This document shows, in pieces, positions 12,877 to 25,548 of a stretch of DNA of 46,162 nucleotides. The stretch's first letter is position 1, and the number at the start of each line of letters is the position of its first letter. Below the pieces are notes generated by a model. The model was not told the DNA's origin, did not search any database, and saw only the letters and a list, made by a program, of their open reading frames with translations. The stretch covers positions 62,001-108,162 of the forward strand of contig RSEE01000156.1 of NCBI GenBank assembly GCA_003971905.1. The letters run 5' to 3'. This stretch comes from Moniliella sp. 'wahieum'. Its lineage: Eukaryota. The position numbers and the translations under genes are program-made.

Positions 12877-14888
12877 ATGCCCAGACCCCGCAATGCGCGG
12901 GTCCTCTTCGACTTTAGCGCCACCGATCCCGAGGAAATCACAGTCCAGGAAGACGACCGCGTGCTTTTGCTCCGCACCGGCGCCGACGGCTGGTCGCTCG
13001 TGCGCACTAGTGCCGGCACACAGGGCATTGTGCCCAGCAGCTACCTCGCTCCGGTAGCCTCGGTGTCGGATGCGCCTACGGAGGCAGAGCTTGCGCGGCA
13101 AGAGGAGGAGCTGCGCCAACTCGAGGACGAAGAAGCTACTAGGGGACATCATCATCGCCAACGGCACGACCAACCGCCGCTGCAATCGGCTCCGCAGCCA
13201 ACTCCGCGCACGCACGAAAAACTTTGGCGCAAGCTCAGCTCCAAACGACATGATGATTACGACCGCCAACGTGCCACCCATTCTCACAACGCCTCCCTTG
13301 GGTCTACTCACAGTGGTAGCTCGTTCCCTTCTGGCCGCCGAACGGACTTGGCTTCCCACTCGGCACCTCCACCCACCAAAACCACGTCCTTTGCGCCCGG
13401 AAAGCCAAATAAGGCAGATGTTCGTATATGGTACGACAAGACGGGCGAGTTTAAAACCGAGGCTGCGTTTCTTGGTTTGACTCCAGGCCCCAACGGGGAA
13501 CGGAATATTCGGTTACACAAGACCAATGGTTCCCTCATCACCGTCGAACCAAGGTTGATGAGCTTGGCTGACATTCAATTTCTCGAGGAAGTTACGGGCC
13601 ATCGTCTCCGTGAGAAGGATGATCAGGATGTGCGTCTGGCCAGCGATGTGATGGTCAGCATGGGCTATGGAAAGCAGCGTGGGGCCGGACGAAAATTGGG
13701 AGAGATGGGACAGTCGCTGAAACATCGGATTGGTCATGCAACCCATCGTGGTGCCAGTCGCCGAGAAGCGATGGCGGAGCAAGAGCATTCCGAAGCTGAG
13801 GAACGTGAACATCAAGTCCAACTGGAGCGTGCGCGTCAATTGGAGCGCCAATTGGCTCGCGCTAAAGAACAAAACGCTCTTCACCGCACACGCGAGCTGG
13901 AGCGTGAACTAGCTCAGGTTAAAGAGCAAAATGCTCGCTACCAGTCCTTCTCAGCTTCTTTCACTCAGCCCCCGCTGCCTCCCCAAAGCAAATCGAAATG
14001 GGTCCACGAGTTCCTCCAGGCTGGTATTGACGAAGAAGACGCTCAGCGATACGCCAATGTGTTTGAGGAAGAACATGTCGACCCTTCTGTCCTCCCTCAT
14101 TTGGACACCGCAGCTTTCCGTACCTTGACACTCAAAGAAGGTGACATTATTCGGTTCCGCAAGTACATCCACGCTCAAGCCCCGCCTGAGCCTATGCATG
14201 TATCTCGTCCCGACCGCAATACCAGGCGACCTACCGGTGGCTCAGTGGATGTGTCTGCTTCACCTGGTGGGCCAGCCAGTCTCCCCACGCCGGCCGCTCC
14301 CCAACGGTTGGAAAACAAACTCAATCAACCAGTTCCGATCCCTCCCTCTCCCCCGTCCAACCCACAGAACCCCTCACCGCCGTCCCCACTTCCTACTCAC
14401 CAGCCTCTGTCACCCTCGGCTGAGCCGCCACCTGTTCCGGTTCCCTCCGCCCCAGCGCCAGAGCCGGCCCCACCCCTGCCCTCAACCACCCCCAGGCCTC
14501 TACTCCCGTGTCTCCCTTGCATGGCGTGTTTGATGACGTCGCAGCTACGCGCCCGCTTCCGCCTGCTCCTGGGACATGGGGGGGTCCGTTTGCTTCCCCG
14601 ACTGGCTGGTATGCACCCGGGATAAGTAACGTACCTCAGTATTATCCTTTGGGTACGTTCCCGGTGGCACCTATGGCGACCGGAATGGCACAGCCTACTA
14701 TCCTGCAGCCGAACTTGGGCCCACCGGGTATGGCGCTGCAGCCGCAGTCTACCTCTACTTGGTCGCCTGTTTCCCCTGCCTCTGTATCTCCAGGTACGAC
14801 AGGTGCAACGGGTACGCCAAGTCCGATGCCGCTCATGGGGCAGGCGGATCGGGATGATCTTTCTCCCACCTCTGTCTTTCTCAGATGA
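12877..14888 (+). CDS. Sla1-like endocytic adaptor (one SH3 + SHD1 + SHD2/SAM-like domain + Pro-rich tail)
   Basis: SH3: ARVLFDFSATDPEEITVQED..GWSLV..GIVPSSYL. SHD1: RIWYDKTGEFKTEAAFLG..IRLHKTNG..MSLADIQFLEEVTG. SHD2: W..EFLQAGI..AQRYANVFEEE..LKEGDIIR. Probable frameshift near 14500 into ORF 14508-14888. Confidence 0.8.
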
Positions 14889-16178
14889 AGACTGGGACAT
14901 TTGCCCCGCCAGACAAGTATGCTGCGCTGCGCGACTTGGATCAGGCAGATACCTCCTCGACTGGTTCCCCCGACGCACGGTGGTACCATTAACAGTGCTC
15001 GCTTCGTAGATCGGACTGGTTTGCGTACTTTTGAGCACCTGTATACCAATAGCATGGGTGACATTCAAACTCGGCTTCCTCTGGCAATGCTTTTCGTGCA
15101 TTTCAGCACACATACTCTGCAACTAGCTTGCATTAGCACCAATGGGCCGGTCTTATATAGGAGAGTGGCTAGTGATATAGGAGAGTGGAACCCTTTTGTT
15201 GCCACGTCACCGGTCACCTACCGGTGCTTTGCCTGATTCGTAGATGCGAAAGCTAGACCCTAGAGTTGCCGCGCGCAGGCCAGCAGGCCACGTGTTCACT
15301 CCTGTCCCACTGCTTGCTCTGTCCTCTTCACCACCACCTCTCATTCCCCCTTCCCTTTCTTCTCGCTCACCTCGTTACTTGATTATTACTCGCTGATCGT
15401 CTGTGGTTTAGAGACTAGGTGTGTCCAGGTCCGAGCCTTCATGCGTCACTACACACTTTCTACTAATCGTCTTCGGTCCCAGGGGTCCTGGTGGGAGAAA
15501 ATGGGATGTGTGAGGTCGGATGGACGCTATATGACCACTGGTATATGCAAAGCTGATGGATGCCGATGGGAAGAGGCAAGTGTGGCGGTGGGTGTTGGGT
15601 GTGTTGGTCTGTTGGTCTGATGAGGCTGGCTGGGCTGGTGGGTGGAGAAAAAACGTTCGGGCAGCGGTTGAAAATCAAGGTGTGGGGCACGGAGCCTGTG
15701 TGCGGCCCTGTGACGTAAGGCGGCACCAGCGGTGTTTTGTTGAGCGTTGTGGGCAGCAGCGCGTACGGACGTGCGCTGCTGGGCACCGCACGCGTGCAGT
15801 CACGGCTGGTAACCCTAGTGCTGACCAGAAACGCCATTGCCCAGCGCCAGTGTTGGCATTGCCGGTGCACAGCGCCAGTGCTGGGGCGGGCGCTGGGCAC
15901 CCGCACAGTGTGGCCGAGGCAACGCAGGCGGCGGGGCAGGGGCAGCACGGGGGCGGTGGGTGTTGTGTTGCGTTTGCAAAATCTTGGGTGCTGCTGCTGC
16001 TCCACGCGGCCTTCTTTCTTCTGCCACCACCACCGCCGCTGCGCAGCCCACCGCTGTCCTCCGCCGCCCCCCCCCGCCTCGCTGCCCCGGCATCTGCCTG
16101 CCCATTCCGAGCGGCTGTTCTGTTTCTTATCTCCCCCCGCTCCGCCGTCTCCATCCCGCCCGCCCCTATCTGCCCACC

Positions 16179-18939
16179 ATGGACGCAGGTGTCCTCCTCA
16201 GCAACTCCCTCTCCCCCGATGCTGCCATCCGGCTCAATGCAGAGACTCAGCTCGAGCACGCCGCGCAGGAGAACTATGTGCGTCCTTCTCTTGCTTCGGG
16301 TCGTCTGCCCCCTTTGTGACACTGACAATTATCTGTTTCATGTCCCCTGCAGCCCCAGTACATTGCTCTCCTGGCGGCCCATGGCGACCGAGGGCGCTGA
16401 TCCCAGTGTCCGCGCTGCTGCTGGTATCGCAATCAAGAACGCCCTGTCAGCACGCGACCCTGTCCGCTCTGCTGAGCTCGCTGCTCGTTGGCAGTCGCTC
16501 CCACAAGAGGCCCGGCTGGATGTGAAATCCAAGGCTCTCCAGACGTTGACCTCGCCGGTTAGCCCGTTGCCACGCAAGCTGCCCAATCCATCTCGGCCAT
16601 TGCGGCCATTGAGATTCCACTGAACCAGTGGCCTGATCTGCTAACCCAGCTCCTTGCCGCCTCCTCGGACGCACAGAACGCCAAGCTGCGGCAAGCGGCC
16701 CTACAGACTATTGGCTTTGTCTGCGAAACCCTTCAACAGAGCGATGCGCTCCAAAGCCATTCCAACGAGATCCTTACTGCTGTTATCCAGGGCGCGCGCA
16801 AAGAGGAGCCTGTCTCCGACGTCCAACTGGCTGCCCTCAATGCGCTCCTGAACTCGCTCGAATTTGTCTCTCAAAACTTTGATCGCGAGGGCGAGCGCAA
16901 CTACATTATGCAAGTTGTCTGCGAAGACACACAGCATGCCCGTACGGACATCAAGGTCGCTGCCTTCAGCGTGCTGGTCAAGATCATGCCGATGTACTAC
17001 GAGAAGATGAAGATGTACATGGAACAAGCCCTCTTTGGTGTACGTCCTTCCTTTCCTCTCGCCTCTTGAGCGTCCTCCTGTCTGTTTTTTCCAGGCCACT
17101 AATTTTTTTATTTCTTTCTATATTTCGCCCTGTTCAGCTTACGGTTCTTGGTATGAAGGATCCAGAACCGGAAGTCAAGCTTCAAGCCATCGAGTTCTGG
17201 AGTACGATATGTGACCACGAACTTGCTCTCGACGAGGCAGCTCGGGATGATGAGGAGGACGGTTGGTGCCCAACCATCGTACCACTTTGCCCAGGTGACA
17301 GGCGCGCAAGTTGTTCCTGTTCTGCTCGACCTGCTCAAGACGCAGGATGAGGATGCAGACGAAGATGAGTGGACGGTATCCAAGGCGGCAGGCGTGAGTG
17401 TTGGGTTGTTTGCCCAATGTCTACGGGACGCATCACGCCTATCACTGTTCCCTTCATTGAGAGTAACATCAAGAACGCGGACTGGCACGACCGCGAGGCC
17501 GCCGTAATGGCCTTTGGCTCTATCCTTGCTGGCCCTTCGGAGACGATACTTCAACCACTGGTCCAGAGTGCACTTCCGGCCATCATTGGCATGCTCCAAG
17601 ACCCCTCGGTGGAGGTGCGGGATACGTCGGCGTGGACGTTGGGTAGGATCACCGACTTCCACGTGGCAACCATTGAAACGCAGACGGTTCTTCCCTTGCT
17701 GATCAAGGCACTTTTGTCTGCTATTCATGAGCAGCCGAGAATTGCGATGAACTGTGCTTGGGCTGTGATGAACCTGTGCGAGCAGCTGCTCGGGGAAGAC
17801 GCTGATACCTCCCCGCTTTCGCCCTACTTCCCCGAGATTGCTGAGAACTTGCTGCGCGCAGCCGACAAGGACACCAACGAGTCGAACGCTCGCACGTCGT
17901 CGTACGAAGCCTTGTCTACTGCTGCGAGCCAGGCCCCTAAGGACTGCCTGCCGTCCGTGAGCCAATTGCTTGTGGTTGTCATGCAACGCCAAGAGAAGCT
18001 GAATTCTCTGGTGGGCCAGTTGGTGGGTCTGGACGATCGCAACAACTGGGCTGAATTGCAAAGCAACTTGGCTGCCGTTGCTACGTCGGTGGTGAGGCGA
18101 TTGGGCCGGGAGATTATGCCGGTGGCGGACCAGCTGATGACCAACCTGCTCACCCTCATCCACAATGGTGCCTCGGGGGCAAAAATGTCGACTGTGTTGG
18201 AAGATGCGTTCTTGGCGGTGGCAGCCGTGATCGCAGCGCTGGAGGCGGACTTTGCCAAGTACCTCGATGCTTTCCAGCCGTTCATGGTGGGCGCTCTGCA
18301 CAACCATGAGGACTTCCAGTTGTGCTCGATTGCAGTTGGGATTATTGGGGACATTTGCCGGGCCTTGGGCAAGGTCGCGGCACCTTACTGTGGGTCGTGG
18401 ATCCAAGTGCTGTATGACAACCTTTCTTCTCCTACCCTTCAACGTTCGGTCAAGCCACCCATCCTCAGTTGCTTTGGCGACATTGCTCTGGCTCTAGGGG
18501 CTGGGTTTGAGCCCTACTTGTCAGCGACCATGATCGTGTTGGACCAGGCGTCTAAGTTGCAAGTGACGGGTTACGACATGCTTGACTATGTCAATCAACT
18601 GCGGGAAGGCGTCTGCGACTCGTACGGGTGGTATCGTGTCGGGTATTCGGGCGGACCAGCGAGCGGAGCTGATCGCTCCATACGTAGAGACCATTCTGGT
18701 CTTTATCAAGAGCGTCCACTCCGATCCTGAATACCGCACCGAGACGCTTCTCTCGGGTGCGCTCGGGTGCTGGGCGACGTGGCAGCTACCTTCCCCAATC
18801 GCAGTTGGTCGAAGCGTTGGCCCAAGACTGGGTGGCCGACTTTATCCGCTCCGGCCGGACTAAGCACCACCAACGGTCAACGCGGCAAGTGGCCACATGG
18901 GCGCGGGAACAAGTGAGCAAGGCAATCACCCCGGCCTAA
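16179..18939 (+). CDS. KAP95: Importin subunit beta-1 (karyopherin beta), frameshifted
   Basis: Motifs MDAGVLLSNSLSPDAAIRLNAETQLE, VRAAAGIAIKNAL, LQAIEFWSTICDHE, DEDEWTVSKAAG, DWHDREAAVMAFGSIL, VKPPILSCFGDIALALG and ATWAREQV. Introns at 16278-16352 and 17040-17137. Confidence 0.95.
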
Positions 18940-19941
18940 CTCCCGGGTACTGATTGTCCTGCCCCCCTTTGTGACCTCGCCTCGTACCGCGTATCCCACC
19001 CCGTATCCCCGACCCCTTTGCATTTTCGCGATTCTGCCCACTTCTCTCCACCCCACTCCACTCCACTCTTACCTTTCATCTTCAACCCCGCTACCACGCC
19101 CACACCTGAGCTATACCGGGCCCCCATCTTTGCCTTCGTCCGCCCTCCATCTCCTTCCCATTTGATGCTCTTCCTTTATCCCACCCTTTCTATCTCATCC
19201 TCCTTTTTCTCTTCCCTTGTTTTCTCTTTTTCCTCATGTTCTCATCCCCAACACTGATGAGGAGGAGGGTCTTCCTTGGCTTAAGGGACTCTTCTTGGTT
19301 CTTCTGGATGCCGTTTCGGGGATGCACTGGATCCCCAGGGAGATGAAGTTGGGGAGATTCCCAGTGACCCGTTACGGCCTTGACGAGTCATGGTGGAAGG
19401 AAGCCGTCCGGACGGGACTTCAAAAGTGACGTTGCAAAGGCGGAGCTTGGGTTGCTTCGGTTGCTTTGGTCGCTTTGGTTGCTCGCACCTCCTGTTCCTG
19501 ACTTTGGTGTTGTTTTGAGGGAGAGGGCAGGTGGGAAATGAGGGTTATTGTTCTATCCTTAGTTCCTTCCGCCCTTATTTCCTTTTGTCTTCTCTTCGTT
19601 GGGTTCGCTTTGGGGGGGAGGGGGGATCTACTTGCCTGGCACTGGAGTTAAAGCTACGCCATGTTGGGCGGCTATGATGATGGAGGTGAGGGGGGGCGGG
19701 GTAGAGGTGCCAGGGTCATGCCTGGACTCGTGAAAATGTATGACCTGTGTGACCCTGATTTGATTTGCATTACTGCATGGTTTCATGATCTGGTTCGTCT
19801 GTAACATGTAACATGCAATCGTTGTTGGAGCACGATGATGGATGAGGCTCGCAACCGAGCTGGAAGCTTCAATGGTTTGAAGGTTCGCAAGTCGGGGCTC
19901 GGACTCTTTTTGTTGGTCTGGAGACAGGTTGTATAATAGTA

Positions 19942-20110
19942 GCCGAGCCGGCCTGCCCTGTGGTGCCCTCAGAGAGAAGAGAGTCTCTTGGGCTCACGCT
20001 TAGTTAGTCATGTACTGCCGAGCTGGTCTGTTCTGTGGTGCTTCGCACTGAGAGAGCCACTTGCGCTCACGCTTAGTTAGTGACTGTACTGCCGAGCCGT
20101 TAGTCCCTGT
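19942..20110. repeat. Degenerate ~74-bp tandem repeat (about 2.3 units)
   Basis: The pattern GCCGAGC..CTGTGGTGC..GAGAG..CTTG.GCTCACGCTTAGTTAGT..TGTACT recurs at ~19942 and ~20016, with a partial third copy at ~20091. Confidence 0.8.
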
Positions 20111-21988
20111 ATTTTGCGGAGCAGTCATAGGTGTAGACTGGAGGTAGAGAGCGACAAGAGATATGTAGGAGAGCCACTTGCAAGGGAGGGAGAAGAGGGG
20201 GTATACGCATGACGCGGACAGAATAGTCAGTTCACTAGGCATCTAGTCATCGTAGCGGGACGAGAGAAACAGCAGAGACTCTAGGTCAACGTTCAACCCG
20301 TCTCCATCTCATTCATATATGGGGGCAAAAAGAGTAATATTCGTACCCTCCGAATACGACGGAAGTCTTATTGTCCTTAGCGAGCGTCAAAGCCTTTTGT
20401 CCCGGGAGAGCGAGCTACAAATCTGTTCTTCCTTGGTCTGGGAACGAGCGAGCATGGCGGCACCAGTATCGTTGCGGTGGATGCGATCAAAGTGCAAGCC
20501 CGCCTTGTCAATGGCAATGGTATTACCGACCGCACAGGCACTAGAGAGGACAAGGAGAATCGGACGCTCGGGTGGGCACGTGCGACAGCGGGCCACTTGC
20601 GCGAAGCAAGGAAGAGCAGCAGGTAGCCAATACCTGCACCTAACCACCTCCTATACGAAGCCGGCAACAATGCACCCCACTTGATCGTGTACTCGTACTG
20701 CGCATTATATGCGGAATGAGATGTCGCCGTACGCAGCGTAGCCGAGGGTGGAGGACATGGTGACGAAACACAGGAGGTGGGTGGTGTGGACGTGGGGGTG
20801 CAATTTACCCTGAATAGTGCTCTCCCATTTATTCCCAACGGCAAACACGCGTCGCGAAGACGGAAAGACAGACCTCGGCAAAAACGGCGAGGCAAGCGAC
20901 CAATCGGTGATTGACGATTGATGGTCGGGCTGACCTGGAGCCTGACAGGCCCCCGAGGCAGCACAGGGGCAGTGTGGCATTGCGTGTGAGACAGAGGCTT
21001 CGGGGTCCAATTGGAGCTTGCAGCTTCCAGCTTCCAGCTTGCATTGTAGCTTGCCACCGCTCCCATCCGAACTCCCAACCGACCTGCCCCGACATGCGAC
21101 AGGCCCCCAGCGGCCCCGCACGCTGGCAAATGGCAGCACGTTTGGGTGCTGTAGCCGTGTTACGGGTTACATGTCAGCCGCTCTGATCTGGTTGCACGCG
21201 CCTCTTATCTTCTTTGTATACCTGACATCTGATCCTCTTGCGTTCCTTGCCACTATTTTTCACCCTGGTTCACGACGTTCACGGACGAGTATGTACATGT
21301 GTTGTTTCGGCAGAGAAGCTTGAGCAGGTTGACCGTTCGACGTTGGACGGGACGTTGACAATACGAAGTTTCGAGAGAAACCATACCATGAAAAGGGGGC
21401 AGGGAAAAAGCCTGAAATCGACCACAACAAGAAAAAGTAAAACAAAACGAACGAGACAAAGCCATAGTACACAAAATAAGAACCTCGAAGCACGACCTGA
21501 AGCTTGAAGCTTGAAGGAAAACAAAACGTAACCGTGGAAATCCACCAACACGTGTATAAGAGAGTTGGATTCTCACCTTGCACAATACACCCCACACATA
21601 TACTACTCCACTAGTACATAGCCACGTCCCCACTCACGATGCATGAACGCGACATGCAACACACCATGTGTGTACTCACCGTACTTGCCTCCCTACTCTT
21701 CCGGGGCAGACAACTTTGCGTATGCCAGCCCTCCGAAACGAGGCGGAGGCAAAGACGAAGAGCATGCGAGCACTCTTCGGTCCTTCATCAATCATCGACA
21801 TGGATCACGGATCATATAGGTAACCGACCATCGACCATCGACCGTCGACCGTCGACCATCAACCGTCGATTATCGATCTTCCTGTGCCAAGCTCAGGAGC
21901 ACCCCAGCTGCGGACTGGTCGGGCTTGGTGGGGTAGCTGCTGACGCTGCCGCGATCCAAGGTTGCAGTCGCGTTCAGGTGCGCTGTAC

Positions 21989-23934
21989 TCAGGGGGAAGC
22001 AGGCGTGCTCACCAAGGTCGAGTGGGCCGAGTGGGCCGAGTGGGCCGAGTACGTCGACTGGGTGGAGTGGGTGGAGTGGGTAGAGTGGGTAGAGTGGGTG
22101 AGTGGGTAGAGTGGGTGGAGTGGGTAGAGTAGAGAGGACAATCGATGTGCTCGACCGTTCACGCTATGATGCGCACCGTGCGAGGGAAGTACCACCCCCC
22201 TGTCTCCGGGCGGGAGGGACGTTGAAGGTGGTAATAGCTGGGAGGCGGGGACGGTGCCGCGGGAAGAGACTCCAGTTTCAGGTGGCTCGCGGGGTGCAAT
22301 AAGCGCGTACTTGGAGGTACTGACACAGGTGGTGGGTGTGGTGTTGGTCGCCACCCGTCCTGGTACCGGCTCGACCCGCCTTCGTTTGTAAGCGGGAGAG
22401 TGCGCATCCGTATCCGAATCCGCATCTGCCCCTGCATCTGGATGGTACGTCCCTTCCCTCGTGTGCATATGGGTTGGTCATCGATCGGCCTGCTTGTGAT
22501 GATCGGGGCACCGTGCTGTACCCAGTTGATCCACGGGGAGGCTGGACACTGCACCCTCGTCCATCTTCTTGGTCGAGTTGATATGCCAGGTCAGGATCTG
22601 GATCTGGGTACTCAGCTTGGTCCACATAGATGGGCCAACCGTCCGATCGGGTATTGGAAAACCGATCGTCTTCGTCAATCCGACGCAGGAGTCCGTCTCG
22701 CAAGTCCTGTTTGTGGTAGTAGGAGATAACGTGCAACTTGCGTCCCGAGGTGGTGGTGATGGTGAAGGATTGCTTGATCAAGCCATTGACTTTATATTCG
22801 TTGTGGGTAGGACACCCTGGAGCGCCATTCCGACTGTGCACAAGGCAAGACATAGGGTCAGCGTGATGAGATCAACATGCGAGACGAAGCAGGATGGGGC
22901 AGAGAGTAAGGGAGAAAGAATGACGTACTGCTTGCGCACCAGCAGTTCACGGTACGTAAGGAACCCACCGTGTACACGGCTCGCGGACCAACCCGTCCAT
23001 CGGTCCAACGGCGAATACCTGTCTCGGCCTCGTCCCAGGCAAACACGTTGCCCGAACAAACTAAGGCCGCACGCTCCGATTCGAGAAGACGACGCGGGAT
23101 CCGACGCGGCGGGTGGTTGGGTGTGCCATTGGGAAGGTCACACGCGGTGAGGAGCTGATGGCCTCACTGGTGGTGCGAATCAGTCCGACGTAGGTGGGTT
23201 GTTGCCGCAAGTGGGACATTTGGAGTTGGAAGTGAGCCTGTTCGGAAGTAAGGGCTGGCGCTTGGCCGGACATGGACCCAGGCACGGACCCAGGCACGGA
23301 CCCAGGCACGGTGGGCAGCCGAAGGGGAGCCGAAGCACCATCCAGTGGCAGATAGCTTGGTGGGTTCAGTTGCGGGGTACTGCTCAGCCGGGTGCGGTAG
23401 GGCACAAGAGGCGCAAAGGACGTATCGGGCATGCTGTGGCCGCGTTCGCGCGCGGAAAAGGGGGGGATCGAGTAGTACCCCGTCGCGTGCGGGGTGGAGG
23501 GTGAAAAAAGGGAGAAGCAGGCTCGCCATAGGGGCCGTAGTGTCGGAGGGCGGGCGCGCGACAACATTGTCCGATGCCATGGGACGCGGCGCGGCGGATG
23601 CGGTGGAGGGGGGGGAAGAGTAGAGCTCAGGGTAGTAGCTGGGCGGAGGGCCAGAGGAGGCGCAGTAGGGGTAGCTGGCGCTGGTGGGGTAGGCGGGAGG
23701 GCGCATGGGCAGACAGGACGACGGTGCTGGGGCAGTGCGGAGAGGGTAGTAGGCGTCCATTTGAGGGTGTGTATGCGTGTGCGTGTATGCGTACGAAGAG
23801 TGTGGGTGGGGGTCGTACTGCGGCTGGGTGAGCGGGTAAGGCGGGAGATGCGGGGCGGGGGAGGGGGTGCGTGCGTGGGGGCAGGGACGGGCGGTGGGCA
23901 CGGAAGAGGAGAGGAGGGCGGAGGAGTAGGCCAT
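21989..23934 (-). CDS. Gti1/Pac2 (WOPR) family transcription factor, Pac2-type, frameshifted
   Basis: WOPRa: PTYVGLIRTT..RRL..SER..FAWDEAETGIRRWTDGR.WSASRVHGGFLTYREL. WOPRb: NGLIKQSFTITTTSGRKLHVISYY. Intron at 22928-22834. Start could be 23934 or 23219; end approximate. Confidence 0.85.
22020..22130. repeat. 9-mer (GAGTGGGYN)n repeat within the 3' part of the WOPR gene
   Basis: About 11 imperfect copies. On the minus strand it reads LYP/LHP and STH/SAH repeats. Confidence 0.85.
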
Positions 23935-25103
23935 GGCGGGTGGGGGGGGAGAGGCGGAAGCAAGGGGAGCGGGGGTTATCGTGTCTGTGGGTGGGACGGA
24001 GGGACGATGGATGGTGGTGTAGACTGCGTGCGGCGCGTGAGACGCAACCGTGCTCTGCTGTGTGCTGCTTGGGCAGGCACATGCCGCACACGCGCCGAAT
24101 GAACGCAGCTGGGCGTTGGGCGTTGGGGCCGCTGGGTGCTCGGCTATGCTGGGTGCTGGGTGCGTGCGCTGTGCCCTGCCCTCGCCTAGCCCGGCGCCAA
24201 GCACCGCTGCGGGCGTGGACGGCGGGCAGCACCAGGCTGCATTGGCACATCTAAGATGCAAGGGTAGAAACGGGCGGCTGGAGTGCTGTGCTCGGCAGCT
24301 GGCTGCTAGGTACCCGGTGTCCGCTGCTGTGGCGACGGCTCCATGCATCTCGGATCTCCGATGCATGCGAAACACCGGGGTGCCCGCCAACCTTAATCCG
24401 CTCGCGTTCCAAGTTGCCACCACCCGACCAGTGTCCTGCTGCTGCGTGCTAAGGTACTCGAAAGCCACGCGTAAGCGTTAGCGCTTCCCATCCGCAGCAC
24501 GGCTGCAGCCCTCGGGCATATGGCGACTGCGGCTATGCATCATGCATCGCGTACCCCGCGGAGCAACTCCCCCTGGCATGCCGATCGATCGATAGATGGG
24601 ATGCATGAGGGGACACATCGCGAGGCTCAGCCTGGTGAGCGCCGACCAATCCATCGCTCCGATCGCATCCTACATCGCTTCGATCGCATCCCCCTCGTCT
24701 ATGTGGCCACCCCACGTCACATGTCACGCGCTGTCACACCACACATCGCATCACCCCCGTCCATCACCGCCGCTACGTACATCGGGATCCTCGATCCGCG
24801 GCCCGTAAAGTTTAAAGCGTAAAGGATAAGTTTTGCGCTCCCTCGCCGCCGCGTCGCGCCTCGCCCTGCCACCACGCTGATCGATGATCGCCCGGCAACC
24901 AGGGTGAGCTTTCTAGTAGCGCTATGCCGCTCTCAGTTCGCAGCGCCTCAGCTTCCTTGCTGTTTCAGAGGTTGGAGCTTGGTAGCCGGGGGACACTGGT
25001 CGCGGGTTACCGATCACCGGTCACCACCACCAGGGGTGTGAAAAGGACAGTCGATGATTAATGCCCCTTGTCTGCACCGGAAAGAAAAAAAGATCGACAA
25101 AAG

Positions 25104-25175
25104 TGGACGAACAGGGAATTGAACCCCGGACCTCATGCATGCTAAGCAAGCGCTCTACCCCTGAGCTATCCGCCC
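25104..25175 (-). tRNA. tRNA-Ala (anticodon AGC), intronless
   Basis: Reverse complement GGGCGGA TA GCTC AGGGGTA GAGC G CTTGC TTAGCAT GCATG AGGTC CGGGG TTCAATT CCCTG TTCGTCC A folds as a cloverleaf with the G3:U70 Ala identity pair. Oligo-T Pol III terminator runs follow downstream. Confidence 0.95.
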
Positions 25176-25548
25176 TTTTGTGGCAGAAGGGTCGCAGGAA
25201 AAAAATTCTACGATTGGTGCCGAGTGGAGATCAATCAATGGACGCGGCTCGTGCTGTACCTCTCCTCGAGACTGTCCCAAGATTGGGCGCCATTTGCTTA
25301 GTGCCACACTCTGATTTGCTGCAAAACCTCCACGTCTGGATGGACCTGCTGAGGTTGAGGACTGGTCTCTGCGGCGATATGTTGGGGCATCAACCCATGG
25401 TGCGTCCTCCATCGCGTTCTGCCATTGGATTTGGCAGGATGGGTACTCGCAGTGGGGTTGAAAGTTGCAGGCGCACAAGCGGATGGATCTGTGTGGGCGA
25501 CGGCTCTGCCTGCGTGCGTCTCTTCCACCCACCCGCCGCAGGCCTCGG

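Noticed and set aside
15556..16178. 355-aa ORF extending upstream of KAP95
   Set aside because: The upstream part is GC-rich promoter/UTR text. The real start at 16179 (CCACCATGG, MDAGVLL) matches importin-beta N-termini.
17108..18442. Long antisense ORFs (444 aa here; also 35330-36313, 31619-32396, 25155-26162, 40180-41092)
   Set aside because: These are shadows of GC-rich sense-strand genes with biased codon usage and have no recognisable motifs.
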